A stretch of 33,697 nt of DNA from a virus (Duplodnaviria; Caudoviricetes): the IMG/VR virus record IMGVR_UViG_3300017721_000089, positions 1 through 33,697 of that record; one strand, 5' to 3'. Of the stretch, positions 9,315 through 16,952 are shown piece by piece. Each line of letters begins with the position of its first letter. Within the stretch, counting starts at the first letter, position 1. Below the pieces are notes generated by a model. That model ran no database searches and was not told where the DNA came from. It saw only the letters and a program-made list of their open reading frames with translations. A program made the translations under genes and the position numbers.

Positions 9315-10639
9315 GCTGATAGACCTTTATATAATCCAAGTGCCGAAATACCTGCGCCAAGTGCCTGTTGCATTGGATTATAGTTTGCAAACCTTGTTTG
9401 ATCCACATTAGGCGTTACGGGTACACCGCGTAAAATACCTGCCATACGCTCGTATTGTTGAATTGGATAGTCACGCTGACGTGTAAAGTCTTCATAGGCT
9501 AGGTCAAGTCTACCTTGATCTTCTGCTCTTATATCACGTCCTACAGAATCAAGTAGCTGTGCTCCTTGTATATCGGCTGCACGTTGACGTTCACCTAAAC
9601 CTGATAGATTCATGCCAAGTTGACCAACATTCATACCAAGACCACCAAGACCTTGAGCAAATGTATTAAGTTGCCCTGCTCCCTGCATTGCTGCTTGCTC
9701 TGCTGCAAGAGCTTGACCCGCACCAAACTGACGAGACTGTTCTAATGCCCCTTGTGTACGACCAAGCTCAGATGCCTCTGCACCTTGCACACGACCCATC
9801 TCACCTGCACGACCTGCCTGTACTCTAGCAAGTTCTGCTGCTTGTTGTCGCTCTGCTTGCATACGTGCTTCTCTATCAGAACCAAACTGTTGTGCAGCTT
9901 GTTGAAAAGCCTGCTGTCTACCAGTTGCTTCTATACCGCCAAGAGTATCCATTAGGCCTTCTTCAGCAAGGTAATCGCCTACCGCTTGACGCGATCCACC
10001 AAATGCACCTGCTTGTACTGCGGCAGCATCTCTGCCTGCTTGCTGTCGTTGAAAGTCTTGTACAGCGCCGCGCTTCTGTTCTCCAACCACTGCATCCATG
10101 TAAGGAGACATATACTGAGCAGCCGCCATACCACCAAAACGCTCTGGCTGCTGAAAGCCAAACTGATTGTAGTTTGCCATACGAAAATCTGAATATGGAT
10201 CAAACCTACCAGTATTGTACTGACCTATTTCACGAAGATTACCAATTCCTTCTTCTGTGTAACCAATACCCCTACGAGTAACATCCATACCCTCACGTTG
10301 AGCACCCATACCCTCACGTTGTGCGCCCATAGCCTCGCCCATTCCTGGGATTCCTGACTGCGCTATACCGCGTGTCATGGCGCGAGAGCCTTGAATGTCA
10401 CCATACATAGAAGATGGGGCAATGCGCTCACCTTGATACGGCATGTAAGTAGACTTCTGACCAAAGCCTGTGATGTTGCCTTCTGCATCGTAAGTTGGAT
10501 TGCTCAGATCGTCCGTAAACGGCATAGTTGCTTCTTCTGCGCCCTGCAACATCCGACGAAAGTACGGATCAGCGTACTCAGGTAGGTTTGTTTGACGTAC
10601 TGTTTGGTCTGCTTGTACCTGACTGCCTTTGCCGCCCAT
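9311..10639 (-). CDS. Putative DNA ejection/pilot protein
   Basis: 442 aa, Gln/Gly/Ala/Met-rich. Starts MGGKGS. Contains AGAFGGSRQ and ends in LGAGISALGLYKGLSA, a pattern common in podophage injection proteins. Confidence 0.7.
   Translation of the reverse strand: MGGKGSQVQADQTVRQTNLPEYADPYFRRMLQGAEEATMPFTDDLSNPTYDAEGNITGFGQKSTYMPYQGERIAPSSMYGDIQGSRAMTRGIAQSGIPGMGEAMGAQREGMGAQREGMDVTRRGIGYTEEGIGNLREIGQYNTGRFDPYSDFRMANYNQFGFQQPERFGGMAAAQYMSPYMDAVVGEQKRGAVQDFQRQQAGRDAAAVQAGAFGGSRQAVGDYLAEEGLMDTLGGIEATGRQQAFQQAAQQFGSDREARMQAERQQAAELARVQAGRAGEMGRVQGAEASELGRTQGALEQSRQFGAGQALAAEQAAMQGAGQLNTFAQGLGGLGMNVGQLGMNLSGLGERQRAADIQGAQLLDSVGRDIRAEDQGRLDLAYEDFTRQRDYPIQQYERMAGILRGVPVTPNVDQTRFANYNPMQQALGAGISALGLYKGLSA
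10285..10321. repeat. 21-bp-period tandem duplication (encodes GAQREGM x2)
   Basis: CCATACCCTCACGTTG at 10285-10300 and 10306-10321. Confidence 0.85.
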
Positions 10640-10640
10640 T

Positions 10641-11054
10641 TTACAACTCCATTCGGTAAGCTATATATTCAGGATAGAACCCATATTTTTTCAAAACTCT
10701 ACCCCATCCTTTCCGTCCGTAGCCCTCTAGGTGACTACACCCTAACTCATTTCCGTAGCGGCGCATAGTGTCGATCAGTTGATCTTCCCATTCTTTCATA
10801 CGTTCTCCGCCTACCCAATCTAATGCCAAGGCTTTCCGTTGAGGGTATATTAAAAGTCGTGTGGTAAATGCAGCTATTATGCTATCATCTTTATCCATTA
10901 CAACCCAAAGAACGTAAGTGTCGTTATATATGCCATCTAATACATCTATCAGTTCGGCTTTGTCTTTAACTGTCGCTACGCTCTTCTTTAATACTCTCTC
11001 AACTTCCTTCCATATTTGGCCTACCGCTTCTGGCGGCACCAAGCTTACTCTCAC
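10641..11054 (-). CDS. GNAT-fold acyl/acetyltransferase-like protein
   Basis: 137 aa. LALDWVGG...TMRRYGNELGCSHLEGYGRKGWGRVLKKYGF resembles GNAT motif A/B with the C-terminal 'K.GF'. Located among internal virion genes, like T7 gp13-type genes. Confidence 0.65.
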   Translation of the reverse strand: MRVSLVPPEAVGQIWKEVERVLKKSVATVKDKAELIDVLDGIYNDTYVLWVVMDKDDSIIAAFTTRLLIYPQRKALALDWVGGERMKEWEDQLIDTMRRYGNELGCSHLEGYGRKGWGRVLKKYGFYPEYIAYRMEL

Positions 11055-12133
11055 TACCCCACCATTCTCCTTAACATAGCTGGTGCATCATCTTCAGCCT
11101 CGTTGATTTTGTCTAGAAAACCGCCTCCAAACGCTTTTTCAATTGCTTTAGTTGTTGGCTGTCTTAGTACAAACTCGTCTTCAGTTAGAAGTACATCTTG
11201 TTGCCCATCAAGTGTAGCAGGGACCATATCGTCTTTACCTGATCCATCTCCTGGGCCTTTAACCATCCCTTTTTCACCCGCAGCAAATCTAGCTACTGTG
11301 TCATCTAACTCTCCTGACTGCACCTTTGTGACAAGATCGCGTAGTGCGTCCTCGCCGTACTTCTGAACAAACATAGCTAACGCTATTTCTGGCTGCTCAG
11401 ACATCCCTTTAACTGCTTCGATAGCTTCGACAATAACATCTTTCTCGTTCATGCCTGCTTCTTCCATCATTGCATCAGCCTCGGCCTCACCACCTTTAGC
11501 TAGAGCCATTATACCACCATCTGAATACATGTATGGGTATTGTGGTGTATACCCCGGAGGTGGTGGCGGACGTTGATACTGAAAATACAGACCTTCACCA
11601 CCACCTGATGCAAACGGATCAGGGTTGTAACTTACCTGCATAGGACGTGGCATTGGTGGCTTTGTGTCTTCGTCATCATCTCTTTGCTTCTTAGCTTGCT
11701 TCTCCATCATTTGAGCATCAGTCATAGCCTGACCCATAAACGCGGCAGGCATTACCCCCGGAAGCATAGCTCCTGCTGCTGCGCCTTGGATACCACCTGA
11801 AAACAAGCTGCCTTCAGTTCCTGTAGGGAGCGCACTTAAAAATTTGCTGCCTTCTATTGAGCCTTGCGCGGCTTGTTGTGCGCCTGCTATAGCTGTACTG
11901 TTTTTAAGACCCCCACCACCTGTGAGACTGCCCATAACTTTACCACTTAAACCCGCAAGAAGACCTGTTTTTATACCGTCTCCAATATCTCCAGTTTGTA
12001 AAAAAGATCCAAGACCTGCGCCAATACCAGATAAAACAGGGGCAGACATGCCCGCCAAGAAAGGTATGCCAGCCAATGCGCCAGAACCAGCTAAAGCAGG
12101 TAGACCTATACTCATTAACAGGGGTAGAACCAT
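11054..12133 (-). CDS. Putative internal virion/ejection protein
   Basis: 359 aa. Hydrophobic Gly-rich N-terminus, YSDGGIMALAKGG motif, and VKGPGDGSGKDDMVPA...LLTEDEFVL resembling the GPGtgtSDsIPA...sGEFV motif of tape-measure/internal proteins. RBS GGAGA. Confidence 0.7.
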   Translation of the reverse strand: MVLPLLMSIGLPALAGSGALAGIPFLAGMSAPVLSGIGAGLGSFLQTGDIGDGIKTGLLAGLSGKVMGSLTGGGGLKNSTAIAGAQQAAQGSIEGSKFLSALPTGTEGSLFSGGIQGAAAGAMLPGVMPAAFMGQAMTDAQMMEKQAKKQRDDDEDTKPPMPRPMQVSYNPDPFASGGGEGLYFQYQRPPPPPGYTPQYPYMYSDGGIMALAKGGEAEADAMMEEAGMNEKDVIVEAIEAVKGMSEQPEIALAMFVQKYGEDALRDLVTKVQSGELDDTVARFAAGEKGMVKGPGDGSGKDDMVPATLDGQQDVLLTEDEFVLRQPTTKAIEKAFGGGFLDKINEAEDDAPAMLRRMVG

Positions 12134-12145
12134 ACTAATCTCCAG

Positions 12146-12161
12146 AAGTTCTATTGAACTT
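12146..12161. promoter_or_regulatory. Palindrome AGTTC-N4-GAACT, copy 1 (AAGTTCTATTGAACTT)
   Basis: Intergenic, immediately upstream of the RBS of the gene starting at 12133. Recurs at 19349 and 32270. Confidence 0.65.
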
Positions 12162-12175
12162 TATCATTTATTATC

Positions 12176-12787
12176 TCAATCGTCTAGCCAACTATATATT
12201 TTCTTAGTCTCTTCTTTGCGGTGCTTTAAACCATTATAACCACCGTTTACTCTTTTAGTAATCTTTTTGATTACCTCATCGTTAACACCCTCGTCACATA
12301 TGTCCCACAACTTGTTCCTGTGAAAAAACCAAATAGCTGATTCCATAGGGTATTTCGTAGCCACAAGATCAGGATCTTCCATAATCTCAGGTAAATCCAT
12401 GTCCGATGCAAACTGAGAATAGTTTATTTTTCCAGTACATTGTAAGAAACCTCTTCCCCGAAATAACCATCCTTGCCCACCATTTTGCATTCTGTCACCG
12501 TATACACGATCAGCAAGTGCCTGTGGGTTACGCGCACAGCTTTCGGCATCACTTTCTGACTTAAAGTATTTGCCAAACACTGATAGTATAGCTTCTTTAG
12601 AATAGTTTAGATTTTCTTCTACATACCTAAATGTACCACTCTCGTGCACAAGCTGCCCTAAGAAGTGCGCTCCACGCTCTGGATTTAATGCGTAATGATT
12701 GCAAATCTTTTTTGCAGTGTTAGGGCCAAACGCACCATCAGGTGCAGATCCTATCTTTTCCTGTAATGTTTTTAATGCGTCACTCAT
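12176..12787 (-). CDS. Endolysin, glycoside hydrolase family 19, with an N-terminal peptidoglycan-binding-like motif
   Basis: HFLGQLVHESGTF, EENLNYS, FRGRGFLQCTGKINY and ITKRVNGGYNGLKHR are GH19 signatures. LQEKIG...DGAFGPNT is PG-binding-like. Confidence 0.92.
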   Translation of the reverse strand: MSDALKTLQEKIGSAPDGAFGPNTAKKICNHYALNPERGAHFLGQLVHESGTFRYVEENLNYSKEAILSVFGKYFKSESDAESCARNPQALADRVYGDRMQNGGQGWLFRGRGFLQCTGKINYSQFASDMDLPEIMEDPDLVATKYPMESAIWFFHRNKLWDICDEGVNDEVIKKITKRVNGGYNGLKHRKEETKKIYSWLDD

Positions 12788-13049
12788 TTACAAACTCCTT
12801 TGATCCGCAAACTCGCTCATACACCATATCAGAGGTGTAACTCTCAGCCCATTTGTTCTCAGTAAAAGTACAAAACTCCCACAAATCGTCTACATCTGAG
12901 CTGATTAGTTCAATAATATCTTGCTGCACCGATACTGTTCCCTCAAGATGTTCGATGTCATGAACCATACCAGAAATATACCAGACTAACGCTACCAACT
13001 GCACAGCCATAGCAAAGACTAAAGCAACTGGTATCTTCATGTCAGACAT
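12780..13049 (-). CDS. Membrane-anchored coiled-coil protein in the lysis block (spanin-like candidate), 89 aa
   Basis: Start reassigned to ATG at 13049 (MSDMKIPVALVFAMAVQLVALVWYI), with GAGGT upstream. One TM helix, then a heptad-like region and two Cys. Confidence 0.6.
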   Translation of the reverse strand: MSDMKIPVALVFAMAVQLVALVWYISGMVHDIEHLEGTVSVQQDIIELISSDVDDLWEFCTFTENKWAESYTSDMVYERVCGSKEFVNE

Positions 13050-13053
13050 ATCG

Positions 13054-13434
13054 CTACCTCTTAAAGAACTTCTGTACGCCACGCACACCAAATGACGCTG
13101 ATATGGCGATACCTAAACTATAAAAATACCAGTCTGGTGCTTTGGAGAGTTGTTCAAAACCGCGATCAACCCAACCTTCTGTTCCCGGTATCCAACATAA
13201 AATTAATGGAATACTTAGAATTATTACAAACCATTCGTCCTTCCAACTTGATTGAGAACCTTGCGCCATCATGCGTTCCCAATCAGCTACTGAAGTTTCT
13301 TTGCTTAGAAGTATCTTTGCTTTTGCTTCAGCCTCAGTTAACTTGAGCTTTGCACTTGCAGCTTGCGCCTGTGATTTTGCATCAAACCAACTTCCTGCTA
13401 AATTAGCTATCGGCCCTATCAGTTGAGCAATCAT
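13054..13434 (-). CDS. Holin, GTA-type 3TM holin-like
   Basis: MIAQLIGPIANLAGSW...SSWKDEWFVIILSIPLILCWIP...PDWYFYSLGIAISASFGVRG, with a basic C-terminus. Upstream of the endolysin. Confidence 0.75.
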   Translation of the reverse strand: MIAQLIGPIANLAGSWFDAKSQAQAASAKLKLTEAEAKAKILLSKETSVADWERMMAQGSQSSWKDEWFVIILSIPLILCWIPGTEGWVDRGFEQLSKAPDWYFYSLGIAISASFGVRGVQKFFKR

Positions 13435-13664
13435 AGTAACTCCTCTTCAATAACTTTTTTCTTTGTAGACGTAGATTCCTTACCCATCCAAATGCCAAAA
13501 CAACCAGTTAGCGCACCCATGCACACAGATACAAGACCACTCTGTGCAACAGATGGGTCAGGCAAACTCATAAACCAATGAACTGCTTGATATGTAAGAA
13601 TTGTAACAGCCAACATCATGAGGCGCGGCAGAACTTTCCAATCATCTAATACAGTAGCAGGCAT
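13431..13664 (-). CDS. Small two-TM membrane protein (holin/antiholin-like)
   Basis: 77 aa. Two hydrophobic helices (LPRLMMLAVTILTYQAVHWF; GLVSVCMGALTGCFGIWM) and a charged tail. Confidence 0.7.
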   Translation of the reverse strand: MPATVLDDWKVLPRLMMLAVTILTYQAVHWFMSLPDPSVAQSGLVSVCMGALTGCFGIWMGKESTSTKKKVIEEELL

Positions 13665-14467
13665 TACTGACCTCCAAATCCACCGAATCTTTGCGCTAGT
13701 AACGCAGCAAGACCTTGCGGGGGCATACTACCTTGGGGGGACATAGGCTGTTGACCTGTTGCAGGGCCACCCTTACCGCCACCACGCATAACCATGTCCA
13801 TGCCTTGCTGATACTCTTGTTGTGGTGAAGGCATAAGTTGAGCCATCCCTTCTGCCATCCTGTTGATCTGCTGTCGTTCTGCTACGCTCATCATCTCCAT
13901 AGGACGAGGGGCAAGACGCTGTGCACCACCAAGAACATCGTAGTTCTGAGCTGCATGTTGAAATGCAGGACTCATATTAGGATTCTGAGCGTTGCGAGCA
14001 GCCGCCATGTAGTAAGGCATTTGACCTGCGCCCTGCTGAGATTCAAAGATGTTTAACGCCTCACGGCGCATATCCGGTGTTACTTCTGGTGTAGTCGGCT
14101 GCTGTTGGCTTTCCATATATTCATTGTAACGTCGAAGGTTTTCAGCGTACTGATCTGTCATGTCTGGAGCTTGATCATCGGTCTGTTGAGATGAAGAGCC
14201 ACCACCTCTATTTCTATCTCTGTTCCTAAATCTTTCATTAGCTTCAAATGATCGCTGTGAACGTGTATTGTAGTTATCTAAATCTGAGCCAGTATATCTT
14301 TGCTGCCCAGTTGCGTGTCTAAAATCATCTCTAATTTGCCGCCCAGCACTTCTAATGCCACCCATTGCTCTATCCACTATAGACCTTTCTGGTCTTGGAC
14401 GAGGTCTTGGGCTTCTCGCCATCCCAGCACCTGATCGTATTTCTTCTGCTGTATCTCTAGGTGACAT
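13664..14467 (-). CDS. Hypothetical low-complexity protein (Arg-rich N-half, Gln/Met/Gly-rich C-half), possible internal virion protein
   Basis: 267 aa with RBS AAGGAG. Contains ARSPRPRPRP, RFRNRDRNR and MRGGGKGG. Confidence 0.7.
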   Translation of the reverse strand: MSPRDTAEEIRSGAGMARSPRPRPRPERSIVDRAMGGIRSAGRQIRDDFRHATGQQRYTGSDLDNYNTRSQRSFEANERFRNRDRNRGGGSSSQQTDDQAPDMTDQYAENLRRYNEYMESQQQPTTPEVTPDMRREALNIFESQQGAGQMPYYMAAARNAQNPNMSPAFQHAAQNYDVLGGAQRLAPRPMEMMSVAERQQINRMAEGMAQLMPSPQQEYQQGMDMVMRGGGKGGPATGQQPMSPQGSMPPQGLAALLAQRFGGFGGQ

Positions 14468-14478
14468 TATAAACTCCT

Positions 14479-14730
14479 TTAAACAACTATTCTCAGCTCA
14501 CCAGTAGCTGTTTTATAAACATCATTTATTGCCAATCCACCAGTGACAGCGGCTGCGTTGTCGGCATGTACTGGTAAGTTTAGCAGATTCAAAGTATTAA
14601 ATACAGCAGTTCCTGGGTTTTGTATTTGCTGTAAATATAATGAAAATGCGCGAACTACTTCACTAATATATCTTTGATCGTAATTAACAGGGGCATTTGG
14701 AAAATATGGAAGTGTAACTTGGTTAGACAT
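14479..14730 (-). CDS. Small tail-associated hypothetical protein
   Basis: 83 aa, translationally coupled (TAATG) to the nozzle-like gene. RBS GGAGG. Confidence 0.75.
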   Translation of the reverse strand: MSNQVTLPYFPNAPVNYDQRYISEVVRAFSLYLQQIQNPGTAVFNTLNLLNLPVHADNAAAVTGGLAINDVYKTATGELRIVV

Positions 14731-16943
14731 TATCTCCTCCCATCTTGTCTAATTTCAATACGCGGAGAACCTAATCGCCATTGTACTCCCGTGTCTTCAC
14801 TGCTAACTTTAATAGCAATTGATCTACCGCGCAGTCTAACATATGCATTTGATGTAAACTGTTCTACAGGAACTGACGCTGTTCTTCCTATATTTTTTAA
14901 ATCACTTTGCAAATAGTCGCCCCCTGGGGAATTTCTTGCTTTTAATGTAAAATTTGCAACAGGAGATATAGCCGTAGATGACCTGAAGGTTAAGTCTGGT
15001 ATAATCTTACGAACAAATGAAAAATTATCTCCCTCTCCAATATCAACTTGACTAGATTCAATATACGCCATTACAGGACTGACAGGATTCGTGCTTCCAT
15101 CATCTGATCCAATTTCATGTGTATACAAGTAATTATCTGTACTTGCCGCAAGAGGTTTATTGCTTACACCCCGATCAATCCATGCGGTTCGTGATAATGT
15201 GCCGTAGTACCAAAGGTTTTGCTCGTAGTTATAAACTACATACTTATCGTTTATAGAACTATTTGCAGACGGATAGAACCACCACACCTCAGAAAACGAT
15301 GTGTTAGAAGAAGCAAATACTTTTTCTTTTTGTTCTATGTTAAAATCACTAAACACATAATCTTTAACAGAACATGGCAGCTTTTGTACCGAACCAGTGT
15401 ACATGTAGAACTCATCTAGTCCCATCCAGAACACGTTGTCGTCAACAGCAATTGCAGATTTAGGCCCGTTAACAGTGATGTTTTCTGATATCATGTTAAT
15501 ACCAAAGGTAAACGGTGGCCCCAAATACTGCATTGCATGTAAGGATATATCTGTAAAAACCAGAATTTGCTGTCTTGTTTCAATAGCAGTTACAATCTTA
15601 GAACCAGAACCAATCTGCAAATCACCTGCTGTATTTGTAGTTGTGGGTCTCCAGTCTGCGATGTTTTCCTGATCTGAAAAACGAATAAGTAGTGGGTCTT
15701 GAGTTGCGCCACCTAAAGGGTTGGCTCCAAACGCGATCACATGTCTATCTACATTTGATACTAGTGTTTTGGTTGCAATCACAGGAACATCTGTTGCTCC
15801 TGATAAAGACGTTAAAGCCACTGCTCTTCTTGTTAAAGGATCTGTTAAAGAAGCATCCCAATAGTATACGCCTCCATTATAAACATTTATAACAAGATCC
15901 TCACCAAAGTTATCATGCTCCCAAAGACGTAACGTATCAGTCAAGACGTTTACATTCGCTCCACTGCCCCAAGCTCCACGACCCCAAGCACCTGCACCCC
16001 AACCGTTACCAAGTATAGATGTGTCAATCCCAACATTAATTTGATAAGACGCTGTTACAGTTCTTCCACCGTCACCTGTGTCTGAAGCATTGGCAGTCAC
16101 CGCAACGGGTGTATATTGACCATCTATAGTTATATTGGCTACAGAATTTACCTCACGCGCAATAAACGTAAACGTGTTTTCATCGGGTACACTAACTATC
16201 TTATACTCTTGGTTTAAAATAGCTGCTGTTATATTCCCACCCAAAGAATCGCAATCATTAAATGTAACGTAATCCCCTACCGTAGCGCCATGCTTTGTTT
16301 GAGAGGCTGTAATCGTAGATGACCCGTCAACTGCCGCAAAGTCTATCTGAGATTGTGAGTCAATCGATGATACCTGTACTGGATTAACAGATGCTGTAGC
16401 CTCTAACCCTGTTAGATTAATCGATACGTCACCAACACTAATAACAACAGATACATTGCCGACAGCGGTATTTGCAGATGTTCCTGTTACACTTACGATA
16501 ACACCACCGTCAGTTAAAACAGCTACTTGACCAACAGTTGCAGTAGCACCTAAACCACTTACCTGTTCTAGATTAGTTTCGACTGTAGTGTCCCCAACTT
16601 TACCAGATGACTGTATCCCAGATACGGTTATAGATATGTCTTTCAATGTGTCAGTAAACTGTCGAATTGGGGTGATGTCATAAAACGCTTCACCCTCTTC
16701 TATGTAATACTTATCGCTTGTCCCCAAACCCAAAAAAAGATCTAGGTTTGTAGTAGACCACGTATGCATTGCACGACAAGAACCAAGGAAAGATTTTGAC
16801 CCTAGCTTTGTCCAACCACCTATCTTTTCAGGAAACCCCTGCCTAAACCTTACTTTATCACAATCAAACCAACCACCTTCGTTTGTATACGAAGTAGACT
16901 CTCTGTTTATTCCTGGTCTAAATTGTAGCTTTTGTAAGGGCAT
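14730..16943 (-). CDS. Tail nozzle / packaged-DNA stabilisation-like protein
   Basis: 737 aa, beta-rich. N-term MPLQKLQFRPGINRE...DKVRFRQGFPEKIGGW, internal LLIRFSDQE and EVWWFYPS, C-term WRLGSPRIEIRQDGRR; these fit podophage tail tube/nozzle-type proteins. Confidence 0.75.
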   Translation of the reverse strand: MPLQKLQFRPGINRESTSYTNEGGWFDCDKVRFRQGFPEKIGGWTKLGSKSFLGSCRAMHTWSTTNLDLFLGLGTSDKYYIEEGEAFYDITPIRQFTDTLKDISITVSGIQSSGKVGDTTVETNLEQVSGLGATATVGQVAVLTDGGVIVSVTGTSANTAVGNVSVVISVGDVSINLTGLEATASVNPVQVSSIDSQSQIDFAAVDGSSTITASQTKHGATVGDYVTFNDCDSLGGNITAAILNQEYKIVSVPDENTFTFIAREVNSVANITIDGQYTPVAVTANASDTGDGGRTVTASYQINVGIDTSILGNGWGAGAWGRGAWGSGANVNVLTDTLRLWEHDNFGEDLVINVYNGGVYYWDASLTDPLTRRAVALTSLSGATDVPVIATKTLVSNVDRHVIAFGANPLGGATQDPLLIRFSDQENIADWRPTTTNTAGDLQIGSGSKIVTAIETRQQILVFTDISLHAMQYLGPPFTFGINMISENITVNGPKSAIAVDDNVFWMGLDEFYMYTGSVQKLPCSVKDYVFSDFNIEQKEKVFASSNTSFSEVWWFYPSANSSINDKYVVYNYEQNLWYYGTLSRTAWIDRGVSNKPLAASTDNYLYTHEIGSDDGSTNPVSPVMAYIESSQVDIGEGDNFSFVRKIIPDLTFRSSTAISPVANFTLKARNSPGGDYLQSDLKNIGRTASVPVEQFTSNAYVRLRGRSIAIKVSSEDTGVQWRLGSPRIEIRQDGRR

Positions 16944-16952
16944 CGTTTACCT

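Noticed and set aside
12146-12161. AGTTC-N4-GAACT as a LexA box or terminator
   Set aside because: Half-site order and spacing do not match known LexA boxes. The stem is short and AT-rich with no consistent U-tract. Kept only as an unknown motif.
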